Source: Candidatus Poribacteria bacterium (lineage in GTDB: Bacteria > Poribacteria > WGA-4E > PCPOR2b). From it: a stretch of 64,000 nucleotides of DNA. The stretch covers positions 1,728,001 through 1,792,000 of the forward strand of contig OZ220744.1 of NCBI GenBank assembly GCA_965116925.1, read 5' to 3'. Every line of letters begins with the position of its first letter. Position 1 is the stretch's first letter. Positions 19,393 to 29,367 of the stretch are shown piece after piece. The position numbers and the translations under genes were made by a program. The notes under the pieces were generated by a model that saw only the letters and a list, made by a program, of their open reading frames with translations, was not told the DNA's origin and searched no databases.

Positions 19393-21595
19393 TAGGATTA
19401 ATGAAACACTCCAAATTGGTAGGTCTGCGCCGTTTCAACCCACCACGGCACCTACCGGGGCGAAAGTGTCTATTTATTTTTAGAATTCACCATAATTGCA
19501 TTGTCTACCACCTCCACCCATTTGGAAAGAATTATGAATGATGATCACCCGAAACAAACATCAAATTTCCTAGATGTAGACGCCCCTGGGATCTTAGAGG
19601 ACATAGCAGAGGCACTACCAGCCGATGTCGCTTTCCTGCCATCTGAGGACATGGCGCGAGTTTATAAACTTGCTCATATGGTTGCCCAGTCTTCAAATAC
19701 GACCATAGTACTTAGTGGAGAGAGCGGTGTTGGGAAAGAAGGAATTGCACAGCTCATTTATAAGCTTGGTTCTCGAAAAGGGAAGCCATTCACCGTAGTA
19801 AACTGCGCGAGTTTTCAGAATAACGAACAGTTAGCCCTTAGTCAGATCTTTGGTCACATAAGAGGAGCATATACCGGCGCAGATAGAGCGAACCCTGGAC
19901 TCATTCTCGAAACTATGGATCAGGACTTAATCCTTGATGAAGAACAGGTGTGGTATAAACCACCGAAAGACAAAGAGGGTGGTATTTTATTCCTTGATGA
20001 AATTCACACCCTGCCCTTAGTTGTTCGATCACAATTACTTGTTTTTCTAGACTCTTATGCTTTCCGACCGCTAGGTGGAGGGCACCAACATCAACGACAG
20101 GTCAATATTCAAATCATTGCAGCGACAAACCAAGACCCCCACGAGGCATTAGGCCCAATGGATTTTCGTCAAAGACTGATGCAGGCCCACATTCATATCC
20201 CGCCCTTACGGGAGCGACCAGAAGACATTCCAGAACTGATACGCAGCTTCATGAAGAGCCACAATGATCTATATAAAACTAAGATTAATATTACGCCGGG
20301 CGCTCTTAGTGAACTTAACGATCGAGACTGGGATGGTAATATCCGCGAGCTAAAAACGATAATTAACCAAGCACACATCGTGGCAGCTTCAGAAAATATA
20401 GAATTGGATGCACGAGCTATAGAACTCGCATTTTACATGATGCAGCACGGGGACCTCCCGGGGCAAGTGCAGCCCCAAACAAAGGAAAAGATACAACTTT
20501 TATGGGGGAACTTATCTCCAAAAGAGCTTTGGTTGAGTTTGCATCAGGATTTTCCAGCACGTGAATTTGACAGATTACCCGAGGGCGAGCAGCTATTTCA
20601 TATTCGTACTGCGGCAGCTATGTTATCATCAACTGTAGGGAATCCAGATTCTTCAGAAGATGCTTCAGACCAGTGTAGGACAATGCCACCCCCGATTTCA
20701 ATGCCAAACGATTTACTAGACGAACTGACAGAGGAGTTCAAGGTAATCAGGGACTTTCTCAACAACCAGAGGCAGGGGACCAAGAACCGAGGGCGAGGTC
20801 GTCCTCCTATAGAAATCGAAAATATCCTAGGCGCATATTATTACATAGCCAAATACCATTGTGACTGGGATGATTTGAAATCGCTGACGGACTCGAAAAT
20901 AGATTATCCCTCACACGATACCTATAACCGTTTTTTTGCAGAGCAGCTTTATGAAAGGGAGTCATGCAGCAATATAGCAATGCAAGACAGCATTGAGAAC
21001 TACATTAATGAGTATACAGCATACGAGAATATGGTGCAGATTCCGGTCGGTGATTTCTACATGGGGAGTAACACTGAAGACACTGAAGATGACGCAAAAC
21101 CACAGCACAGGGTCTATGTGGATGAGTTTTCTATAGACCAGTCTGTGGTGACGAATGAGGAATATCAAGCATTCGTTCTTGCCAATCCCAAATGGCGAAA
21201 ACCGCCGGAGTCGCAAAAAAAAGATTCTAACCTCTACTATGATGCACATTATTTATTTCTTTGGACAGGAAATGATTACCCAAAAGGGAAAGGCAAGCAT
21301 CCTGTCGTCTACGTGAGTTGGTATGCGGCAATGGCGTATGCACAGTGGTTAGGGAAACGCTTGCCCACAGAAGCTGAGTGGGAAAAAGCGGCGCGCGGAA
21401 ATTTAGAAGATCAAGATTATCCGTGGGGCAACTCTATCACTGACAGACAGGCGAATTATCGATCTTTTGATAGGCATTATGCACCAGCCTTGTCAGTGGC
21501 TAAGAGTTATTACGACCCAAGCAGCTGTTTGTATAATATAGTGGGCAACGTGTGGGAGTGGTGTTTGGATGACTATGATCGCGATTACTACTATA

Positions 21596-22534
21596 ACCCA
21601 AGTTGCTACCTATAATTGAGTAGTTGGTTGGAGTTAAAGTTGATAGATACTGCTTGCTAATACAAACAAGACCACTTTCAATTCAAATCCTTGTTGTGTT
21701 ACGGCATGAATCGAACGAGGCAGCAATCGCTCAATTAAACTGCCAGCGGTCTCGACAGACTTACGATGGCAAGCCGCCACATAGGTCTCCCACTGTGGAT
21801 AAGGTCGCTTGGAATTCTGTTTGCGTGTCGGCTTGAGGTCCACTCCAATGGTTGCCAATATATCCTCTATCTCATAGTTATTGTATGCTTTATCCCCGTA
21901 GACACAACTGCCCGGTGGTAAGTCAAAATCAAAATACTGTAATCCCTCGACATCACTCATGCTTGCTGGCGTTAGAAAAAACTCAACAGGCTGTTGGCTC
22001 GCTGTCACTAACAGGTGAACTTTCAAGCCATAGAAGTACCGACGCTTGGACGCTTGATACCCACGAAATGCCTCATCGGTATACAGTTTTGACCGACTAA
22101 TGCGGATATTGTCACAGACCGCAATAGGCAGTGTATCTATCGCATAAATCTGCTGTTGATTGAGTTTTACATAACTTTCGGCTAAGATTTTGAACAATGT
22201 GATGAACATCGGTTTAATCCGATGCAACCGTCGATTGAAACGACTTTTTGACAGCATATTGGGGATATAGCCATGAGTGTGTAGAAAGTCACAAGTCACT
22301 TGGAAGTTACCACCGAAAAACAACGCAGCGACGACCCCGGTGGTCATGACCTCGGCGTCAGTCATCTGCGCCTGTGGAGAGGTTTTTGAGTTAAGTGCTT
22401 CTAACAGCTTGTCACAGAGATAGAAAATGGTTACAATTTGTAGGTCCATGGGTTTCTCCTTTTGAGGGGGTATGGGTGAATCCCCTCAAGTTTAACGGAA
22501 AACCCATGGATTTTCAATAACTAGCAACTTGGGT
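21596..22534 (-). mobile_element. IS982-family insertion sequence, 939 bp
   Basis: 13-bp TIR ACCCAAGTTGCTA; 7-bp TSD TACTATA at 21589-21595 and 22535-22541. Confidence 0.93.
21634..22449 (-). CDS. IS982-family transposase
   Basis: MTDAEVMT, SRFNRR, IDTLPI, YFYGLKVHL, GDKAY, RKSVET. Confidence 0.93.
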   Translation of the reverse strand: MDLQIVTIFYLCDKLLEALNSKTSPQAQMTDAEVMTTGVVAALFFGGNFQVTCDFLHTHGYIPNMLSKSRFNRRLHRIKPMFITLFKILAESYVKLNQQQIYAIDTLPIAVCDNIRISRSKLYTDEAFRGYQASKRRYFYGLKVHLLVTASQQPVEFFLTPASMSDVEGLQYFDFDLPPGSCVYGDKAYNNYEIEDILATIGVDLKPTRKQNSKRPYPQWETYVAACHRKSVETAGSLIERLLPRSIHAVTQQGFELKVVLFVLASSIYQL

Positions 22535-22788
22535 TACTATAAGAAACCGGAAAAAAATAATCCACTGGTAACGAACCAAGGGATAGATCTCAAATGGCTG
22601 GCGGATAAGGATAATTTTACAAATCTTGATGGAGAGACCCGGGTGGTAACTCGAGGTGGAAGTTATGCAGATTGGCGTGGGACACTAAAAGTTTTCACAC
22701 GCAATGCTAACACAAGAAAATCGACTCATCCAACGCTTGGCTTCAGATGCGTTCGTGAAGGGGCACGCAAGCAATAAAACAAAGAACA

Positions 22789-22907
22789 CTAGTACTCAGT
22801 CAGATAAGTTTTGCATATCAACAAGGGGATCGGGTGACCCGACCCCTACGAAGTACTATGAGTCTCAATCCATATAGACAATCATAATTTGCCTGACAGT
22901 GTACTAG
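22789..22907. mobile_element. 119-bp CTAG-bounded MITE, copy 2
   Basis: Only about 3 substitutions relative to 9468-9586. Confidence 0.9.
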
Positions 22908-22977
22908 CGGAGCAGCATATTTGTTGGATAACACGTAATTGTCCAGTTAGTACTATAGAAGATGAGAAGATGCCCTT

Positions 22978-24927
22978 ATGATCGACCGTCTGAAAAATAG
23001 ACTGAAGTTTCAGATTGAACAACTACTGTTACGCGGTGCAAACGCTCGATTGCTATTTATTGCGTCCCTAGTTGGCATTGTTGCTATCGCCGGCGGTTTG
23101 CTGGTACAAGCAACAGACACCCCCTTTGATGGTAACAACACGGCAATCTGGTGGGCATTTTTGCGTCTGACAGATCCGGGATACTTGGGAGACGACGAGG
23201 GCCTATCACGTCGTATGATTTCAACGGCCTTGACGGTGCTTGGATATGTCCTTTTCATGGGGTCGCTGATTGCAATTATGACGCAGTGGCTCAATCAAAA
23301 AATTCGCAATTTTGAGAGTGGGCTCACCCCTATTGTGCGGCGCAATCACATTTTGATTTTGGGCTGGACAAACCGGACGCCCGCCATTGTCGAAGAGTTG
23401 ATGTACTCTGAAGAGCGTGTCCGTCGGTTTCTAGAACTGCTCGGTGCCCGTGGATTACATGTAGTCATCCTATCCGAAGATGTGAGTTTAGAGCGAACCA
23501 TGGAATTGCGGAGTGTCCTCGGCCCGCTGTGGGATGCACGGAAGATTACATTTCGATCAGGTATCCCCCTACGGATGGAACATCTGGAACGAGTGGATTT
23601 CCGAAACGCCATTGTCATTATTTTACCGGGGGCTGATTTTGCTTATGGCAGCGCAGATGAATCTGATACACTCATTGTTAAAACAGTGCTATCAATAGCA
23701 AATCAGCAAGGTGCTAGGAGAAGTCAACCTTTACCTTTGTTGGTAACAGAACTTTTCGATCCGAGTAAAATTTTCATGGCACAAAAGGCTTATCAAGGGA
23801 TTTTGGAAATCTTAGCAACGGATGTTTTTATTACACGCTGCATGGCGCAGAACATACGCCATCCGGGATTATCACATCTATTCCACGAAATCTTGTCCCA
23901 CAGACAGGGAAATTCCATCTATATCCGTACCTTTGAATCGTCTACGGGTGCTCGTTTTTGGGAGTTGGCGGGGGCGTGTCCCAAGGCGATTTTACTCGGT
24001 GTAGTGCGTCCTCATCGCGAAGGGTTTCTCTCCATACTCAATCCAGCCAGCGATATGATTTTAGAATCAGGGGACCGCTTGGTCTTTTTGTCCCAGACGT
24101 ACCAAGATTGTGAAATACCGAAAGATTTCTCATCGGAACAGTCACCCCCTCAATTTCAGCCTCCATCACGGCAGAGATCTCAGATTCAAATTGAGCGGAA
24201 GCGACGAATCTTGATTTTGGGTTGGAATCACAAAGCTGCACGGTTGATTGGCGAACTGGACGACTATCTGCTAGAACAGTTCGAGATTTCGACGCTGTCT
24301 CGTAAGCCTACTGTTGATAGAGAAATTGAATTGGCACAGCAAGGAATTGACCAGGGCCGCGTGACAGTAAACCATTATGAAGGCGATCTCACTTCCCTCT
24401 CGGATTTGGAAGCCGCACAGCCAGGCAGCTACGATAATGTGGTAATATTCGGGAATGATTGGTTAGAAACGCAAGAAAAATCGGACGCACGGACAATTAC
24501 GGGACATCTAGTGTTAAAGAATGTACTTGAAGGATATGCCCAGGAACCGCGGATTTTGGTTGATTTGATGGATGCTAACAACATCGGGTTGTTTGAGGAT
24601 GAAAACATGGATGTATTGGTAACGCCGGTGATGGCAAGTCATGTATTGGCGCAAGTTGCACTGCGGCGGGAACTGAATGCGGTTTATGCAGAGCTGTTTG
24701 GTGCTAGTGGTGCGGAGATATGTTTTCGATCTGTCACAGATTATAACATAGCCGATCAGAAAATAAGGTTTGGAGCACTCAAGGCAATAGCGGCAGACCG
24801 TGGCGAAATTGCACTTGGGATTCGCCGCCAAGATAGCCCAATCGAGTTAAATCCGGTACAAAACCAAATTTACATATTGCAGGAAACGGATGACCTTGTT
24901 GTGTTAGTTCGGGAGGATGCAGTATGA
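22978..24927 (+). CDS. CASTOR/POLLUX(DMI1)-related ion channel with two RCK domains
   Basis: WWAFLRLTDPGY pore helix, two ILILGW RCK Rossmann starts, LAQVALRREL. Confidence 0.8.
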   Translation: MIDRLKNRLKFQIEQLLLRGANARLLFIASLVGIVAIAGGLLVQATDTPFDGNNTAIWWAFLRLTDPGYLGDDEGLSRRMISTALTVLGYVLFMGSLIAIMTQWLNQKIRNFESGLTPIVRRNHILILGWTNRTPAIVEELMYSEERVRRFLELLGARGLHVVILSEDVSLERTMELRSVLGPLWDARKITFRSGIPLRMEHLERVDFRNAIVIILPGADFAYGSADESDTLIVKTVLSIANQQGARRSQPLPLLVTELFDPSKIFMAQKAYQGILEILATDVFITRCMAQNIRHPGLSHLFHEILSHRQGNSIYIRTFESSTGARFWELAGACPKAILLGVVRPHREGFLSILNPASDMILESGDRLVFLSQTYQDCEIPKDFSSEQSPPQFQPPSRQRSQIQIERKRRILILGWNHKAARLIGELDDYLLEQFEISTLSRKPTVDREIELAQQGIDQGRVTVNHYEGDLTSLSDLEAAQPGSYDNVVIFGNDWLETQEKSDARTITGHLVLKNVLEGYAQEPRILVDLMDANNIGLFEDENMDVLVTPVMASHVLAQVALRRELNAVYAELFGASGAEICFRSVTDYNIADQKIRFGALKAIAADRGEIALGIRRQDSPIELNPVQNQIYILQETDDLVVLVREDAV

Positions 24928-25799
24928 AGAACTTGCAAGAGATTGTTGACGTATTAAAGAAAAAGCTTATCTCTTTGGGAGATGTGACGATAACACCAGC
25001 TGTTTTGATATCGGTTGTGCTGATCCTGATAGGGGCATTTTGGCTGTCGCGCTTTTTGCGGGGTGTGTTGCGACGCAATGTGTTTAGACGGACACACTTG
25101 ACCATAGGCACACAGGAGACCGTCTTCCGCATATTGCACTATATCATAATGTTGCTGGGCGTATTTATTGCCATACAACAAGTTGGGGTGGACCTAACAA
25201 CCTTGGCTGCGATAAGTGCGGTATTGATGGTCGGAATCGGCTTGGGGCTACAAAATATCACCAGTAATTTCATCAGTGCACTCATTCTACTGTTTGAGCG
25301 TCCCGTGCAGGTAGGTGATTTTGTTGAGGTTGGTGGCGTCCAAGGTCGTATTCGCAGGATTAAAACACGCAGTTCAATAGTCGAAACGCTAGATAATGTG
25401 GCTATCATTGTGCCCAACTCAAACTTTATAACTGATAACGTAACAAATTGGAGTTATCGAGATTCAAAAGTGCGGATTCATATATCTGTCGGCGTGTCTT
25501 ACGGCTCAGATGTTGACTTGGTCGCAGAGACCTTGTTACAGGTGGGGCATGCCCATCAAGAGGTGTTGTTGAATCCCGAACCGACGGTACAATTTTTGGA
25601 CTTTGGCGACAGTTCACTTAACTTTGATTTGTTAGTTTGGATCAATGATGCTTCCCGCCAATACGTTATAAGGAGTGCCCTAAATTTTGCTGTTGTAAAA
25701 GCATTTCGAGAACAAGGTATTACAATTCCATTCCCGCAGCGAGATTTGCACATCCAAACTGCTGTACCACTTGAGTTTAGCCAAAGAGATTCAGATTAA
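24924..25799 (+). CDS. MscS-family mechanosensitive ion channel
   Basis: GIGLGLQNITSNF, ERPVQVGD, IVPNS, VGVSYGSD, IPFPQRD; ATGA overlap with upstream gene. Confidence 0.93.
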   Translation: MKNLQEIVDVLKKKLISLGDVTITPAVLISVVLILIGAFWLSRFLRGVLRRNVFRRTHLTIGTQETVFRILHYIIMLLGVFIAIQQVGVDLTTLAAISAVLMVGIGLGLQNITSNFISALILLFERPVQVGDFVEVGGVQGRIRRIKTRSSIVETLDNVAIIVPNSNFITDNVTNWSYRDSKVRIHISVGVSYGSDVDLVAETLLQVGHAHQEVLLNPEPTVQFLDFGDSSLNFDLLVWINDASRQYVIRSALNFAVVKAFREQGITIPFPQRDLHIQTAVPLEFSQRDSD

Positions 25800-25824
25800 T
25801 CATGAAAATTAGCGTAACTCTACT

Positions 25825-26982
25825 ATGACTAAAGTCGGTTTAAGCGTTTTATTTAGAGAACAGTCGGGGTTCATTGAAGGGCGATCCATCGGGTTAATCA
25901 CCAATCAAACCGGAATTGACTCACAATTTCGGAGTAATTTAACACTGTTTGCCGAACATCCGAAAGTCGAACTTGCAGCAATTTTCAGCCCGGAGCATGG
26001 CATATTGGGGAACGCGCAAGCTGGAATCCAGATCGCCTCCGCAATCGGCAAAGGGGGACAGACCCCGATCCACAGTCTCTATGGGAACACCCGGCAGCCA
26101 ACGCCGGAGATGCTCGCTGGAATTGATGTATTGGTGTACGATATCCAAGATGTCGGCTCTCGTTTCTATACATATATTTCGACGCTGCTCCGAGCGATGA
26201 GCGCAGCTGCGGCCAACAGTGTGGATTTCATTGTCCTCGATCGTCCGAATCCGATTCGCGGTGATTGCGTCGAAGGAAATCTACTGCAGCCAGCGTTCCG
26301 ATCCTTTGTTGGGGAGACAGCGATTCCAATCCGGCACAGCATGACCGTCGGTGAACTCGCGCAATTTTGTCAGGCAGAGCTTGATGCTGCACCATCACTT
26401 CGACTGCATGTTGTTCCGATGCACGGTTGGAGACGGGCGATGTGGTATGATCAGACCGGACTGCCGTGGGTGCCACCCTCACCGAATATGCCGACCATCG
26501 AGACGGCAACGTTGTATCCCGGCACCTGTCTAATCGAAGGCACCAACCTGTCCGAAGGACGGGGGACAACCAAACCGTTTGAGTGGATAGGGGCACCGTG
26601 GATAAATCCAGACAGATGGGCGGATATGCTCAACAATCTGTACCTCCCGGGCACCCATTTCCGGCCAATTCACTTTACCCCTACTTTTTCTAAATATGCA
26701 GAACAACTGTGCCACGGTGTGCAAGTTCATGTCACAGATCGGGACCAATTCAAACCGGTTGATGTTGGCTTACATCTTATCGCAACGGCTCAACGGGACT
26801 ATTCGGATCAGTTCAAGTTCATAAAAAATAGGGGACGGTACTTCTTCGATCTCTTGGCTGGGACTGATACATTACGGTTGAGACTTATGGCACGCGAATC
26901 GGCTACTAAAATTGTTCAGTCTTGGGAGGCAGAGGTGGAAAAATTTACTGAGCGATGTCGTCCATATTTCATTTACGATTGA
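25825..26982 (+). CDS. namZ: Exo-beta-N-acetylmuramidase NamZ (DUF1343)
   Basis: GLITNQTG, FSPEHG, DIQDVGSRFYTY, LDRPNP, PPSPNMP, SEGRGT. Confidence 0.92.
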   Translation: MTKVGLSVLFREQSGFIEGRSIGLITNQTGIDSQFRSNLTLFAEHPKVELAAIFSPEHGILGNAQAGIQIASAIGKGGQTPIHSLYGNTRQPTPEMLAGIDVLVYDIQDVGSRFYTYISTLLRAMSAAAANSVDFIVLDRPNPIRGDCVEGNLLQPAFRSFVGETAIPIRHSMTVGELAQFCQAELDAAPSLRLHVVPMHGWRRAMWYDQTGLPWVPPSPNMPTIETATLYPGTCLIEGTNLSEGRGTTKPFEWIGAPWINPDRWADMLNNLYLPGTHFRPIHFTPTFSKYAEQLCHGVQVHVTDRDQFKPVDVGLHLIATAQRDYSDQFKFIKNRGRYFFDLLAGTDTLRLRLMARESATKIVQSWEAEVEKFTERCRPYFIYD

Positions 26983-26986
26983 GGTT

Positions 26987-27014
26987 GTAGGGAACGCAGA
27001 TCTGCGTTCCCTAC
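26987..27014. repeat. Perfect 28-bp GTAG REP-like palindrome
   Basis: GTAGGGAACGCAGATCTGCGTTCCCTAC; copies at 29338, 49288 and, degenerate, 59249. Confidence 0.9.
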
Positions 27015-27089
27015 GAAATGGAATCTACACTCACTCAGTTTGGGTGTCGAGATATGAATCTCGACCTACTACATACCTGCTTGACAAAC

Positions 27090-28277
27090 ATGAAATCCTT
27101 CTATCAACTTCTCCAAAAACCGACGAAAAAAGTTATTGGGTTAATGTCTGGCACCTCTGTCGATGGCGTTGATGCTGCTCTTATCGAAATTCGAGGGCAC
27201 GGTTTAGAGACGAAGATTGAACTACTCGCATTCCATTCGCATCCCTTCAAGGCAGAAGTCCGGGATCGCATTTTTGATCTCTTTCAGCCAGAGGCAAGTC
27301 GCGTTGACGAACTTTGTCAGATGAATTTTCTTATCGGGAAGATTTTTGCGGAGGCAGCACTATCGGTCATTCACGAGGTGGGGTTAGCCGTGGAAGAAGT
27401 AGATTTGATTGGCTCACATGGGCAGACTGTCTATCATCTGCCTCCGCAGACAGGGGCAAAGGACGTTCCATCTACATTGCAGATTGGTGAACCGGCGGTC
27501 ATTGCGTATCGGACAGGTATACCGACAATTGCGAACTTCAGAGTCGCTGACCTCGCAGCGGGGGGACAGGGGGCACCACTTGTGCCGTATGTCGATTTTC
27601 TGCTATTTCGGAATACAGATCGGACGGTTGCACTGCAAAATATCGGCGGCATTTCCAATGTGACGCTCATACCCGCAGGCGCGTCGGCATCCGATGTCCT
27701 TGCCTCCGACACGGGACCAGGGAACATGATTATTGATTCAGTTATGGAAATTCTCACGGACGGAGCGGAAAAGTACGATAACGCGGGTCAGTTTGCCGCA
27801 CAGGGGAGCGTTTGTGAATCGCTGTTAGGGAAGTGGTTGGGACACCCCTTTATCAGGGCGCATCCACCCAAAACAACGGGACGTGAAGCGTTTGGTAGGC
27901 AGTTTGCGGATCAGGCGATTCAGCAGGCACAAGATCAGAATGCAGCACAGGCGGATTTGATTGCCACCTTGACAGCATTTACGGCGGAGACAATTGTTGA
28001 CTACTATCGTCGGTTTCTGTTTCCGCACTATTCCGTTGATGAAATCTATATCAGTGGAGGAGGCAGTCATAATCTCACGTTGATGGGACACCTTGAGAGG
28101 CTATTCCAACCAATTCCACTCCTACCGATTGATTCTATCGGCTTCTCAAGTGATGCGAAGGAAGCGATTGCGTTTGCTGTTCTTGCCAACGAGGCGGTTC
28201 ATGGACATCCGACGAACCTACCACAAGTCACAGGGGCATCACAACCGATGGTGCTTGGGACGTTCTCTCCAGCTTGA
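27090..28277 (+). CDS. anmK: Anhydro-N-acetylmuramic acid kinase
   Basis: GLMSGTSVDGVD, GSHGQT, GGQGAPLVP, NIGGISN, DTGPGN, PKTTGRE, KEAIAFA. Confidence 0.96.
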   Translation: MKSFYQLLQKPTKKVIGLMSGTSVDGVDAALIEIRGHGLETKIELLAFHSHPFKAEVRDRIFDLFQPEASRVDELCQMNFLIGKIFAEAALSVIHEVGLAVEEVDLIGSHGQTVYHLPPQTGAKDVPSTLQIGEPAVIAYRTGIPTIANFRVADLAAGGQGAPLVPYVDFLLFRNTDRTVALQNIGGISNVTLIPAGASASDVLASDTGPGNMIIDSVMEILTDGAEKYDNAGQFAAQGSVCESLLGKWLGHPFIRAHPPKTTGREAFGRQFADQAIQQAQDQNAAQADLIATLTAFTAETIVDYYRRFLFPHYSVDEIYISGGGSHNLTLMGHLERLFQPIPLLPIDSIGFSSDAKEAIAFAVLANEAVHGHPTNLPQVTGASQPMVLGTFSPA

Positions 28278-28297
28278 AGTCATGTGGCTGGCAGCAA

Positions 28298-28348
28298 AGA
28301 AACCGAGTTTTTAGCAAGTACGGGCGGGGCAAGATGCCCCGCCTACGG
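28298..28348. repeat. AGAAACCGAGTTTT half repeat plus REP hairpin
   Basis: GGCGGGGCAAGATGCCCCGCC-TAC; related sequences at 3241, 55175-55208 and 59470. Confidence 0.6.
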
Positions 28349-28407
28349 CTTATCTTCGTACCTTACACTTTCTTTTTTAATAAGCCGAAGTTTCTAAGGG
28401 GTGCTGT

Positions 28408-29301
28408 TCAACCCCTACCGGGGAAGGTGAGTTCGGCGACACCGGATTTATCCAACTCCCCTTTGCCAAGCTCAATCATTCTGTCATACTGATCTTTGGT
28501 CGCTTCGGCGAGTGGGAGGTTCAAGCCCTCGGCTTTCGCGAGATCAAGGGCAATTCCTGAATCCTTCGACGCATGCGCCGCGGAGAAGTAACATTCGTGG
28601 TCGCGAGCCTCCATGTCTTCGCCGTCGGTTTCTAGGACGCGAGAGTTTGCACCGGTTTGGGAGAAAACTTCTTGCAACATCCCCAGATCCAACCCAAGCG
28701 CAGCCCCAAGTCCAAGCCCTTCTGCCAATCCGGCGGTGTTGATGTTCATCACCATATTCACAAGTGCTTTGACCTGAGCAGCCTGTCCCGCTTCACCGAT
28801 GTAACGGAGAGAGATGCTCATGGAATCGAGAATCGGTTTGGCATTGTTGAAGGTGTCCTCTTTCCCACCGCACATCAGATACAGCGTGCCTTCCCGTGCT
28901 TGGGTGATACTGCTCGCCATACAACCCTCAAGGCTCGATGCGCCGTGCTTCTCTGCGAGTTGTTCGACATCTACATGCACCTGCGGCGAGATTGTCGCAC
29001 AGTTGATAAATGTTGTTCCACTTGCACCTTTAAGCAGGCTGTCTTCCGCATCTTCCGAGAAGATCTGCCGCATCGCGTTATCGTCCGTCACAACGGTGAT
29101 GATGTAGTCCGCAAGTTCGGTCACGCGTGCAAGCTGATCCGTTGCCTCTGCGCCGATTTCCTCGCCGAGCGATGTCGCACGGTCTCCAGCCGCGTCGTAA
29201 ACAGCGGTGACCGAGAATCCTTCATCATTTAAGTGGCGTGCGATGTTTGCTCCCATCCTGCCTACGCCTACAACACCGATTTTGTAATCTGAGTTTGCCA
29301 T
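28408..29301 (-). CDS. NAD(P)-dependent oxidoreductase, 3-hydroxyisobutyrate dehydrogenase family
   Basis: IGVVGVGRMG, GQAAQVKALVN, HASKDSGIAL. Confidence 0.9.
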   Translation of the reverse strand: MANSDYKIGVVGVGRMGANIARHLNDEGFSVTAVYDAAGDRATSLGEEIGAEATDQLARVTELADYIITVVTDDNAMRQIFSEDAEDSLLKGASGTTFINCATISPQVHVDVEQLAEKHGASSLEGCMASSITQAREGTLYLMCGGKEDTFNNAKPILDSMSISLRYIGEAGQAAQVKALVNMVMNINTAGLAEGLGLGAALGLDLGMLQEVFSQTGANSRVLETDGEDMEARDHECYFSAAHASKDSGIALDLAKAEGLNLPLAEATKDQYDRMIELGKGELDKSGVAELTFPGRG

Positions 29302-29337
29302 GTTTTCCTCCTATCGTTTGAACATATCTGAAAGTTA

Positions 29338-29365
29338 GTAGGGAACGCAGATCTGCGTTCCCTAT
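29338..29365. repeat. GTAG REP-like palindrome
   Basis: GTAGGGAACGCAGATCTGCGTTCCCTAT, at the edge of the defence island. Confidence 0.9.
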
Positions 29366-29367
29366 TT

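Larger units (their letters stand above)
18008..19494. mobile_element. TA-bounded MITE split by an IS insertion
   Basis: 18008-18027 joined to 19401-19494 rebuilds TATAGTGGATCTTAGGATTAATGAAACACTCCAAA...GAATTCACCATA, homologous to 12569-12670. Confidence 0.8.
19534..22777 (+). pseudogene. Sigma54 enhancer-binding AAA+ protein fused to an FGE-sulfatase (SUMF1-like) domain, interrupted by IS982
   Basis: GESGVGKE, GAYTGA, LFLDEI, WDGNIREL; GKRLPTEAEWEKAARG, GNVWEW; after the IS, RGGSY..LGFRCV. Removing the IS and one TSD restores a 765-aa frame. Confidence 0.9.

Noticed and set aside
22541..22777. FGE/CLec C-terminus as a diversity-generating retroelement target
   Set aside because: No template repeat and no reverse transcriptase in the window; cannot be excluded genome-wide
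22529..22777. 82-aa ORF as an independent gene
   Set aside because: Its start lies inside the IS982 TIR; it is the severed C-terminus of the upstream gene
9468..22907. Repeated elements as a CRISPR array
   Set aside because: Copies are dispersed, with no repeat-spacer periodicity and no cas genes
27018..27089. N-terminal extension of AnmK in the ORF track
   Set aside because: Starts right after a REP; family-like sequence begins near the ATG at 27090
28657..29232. 191-aa antisense ORF and similar shadow ORFs (for example 3816-4316, 36285-36746)
   Set aside because: Opposite well-conserved genes, no motifs; explained by codon bias
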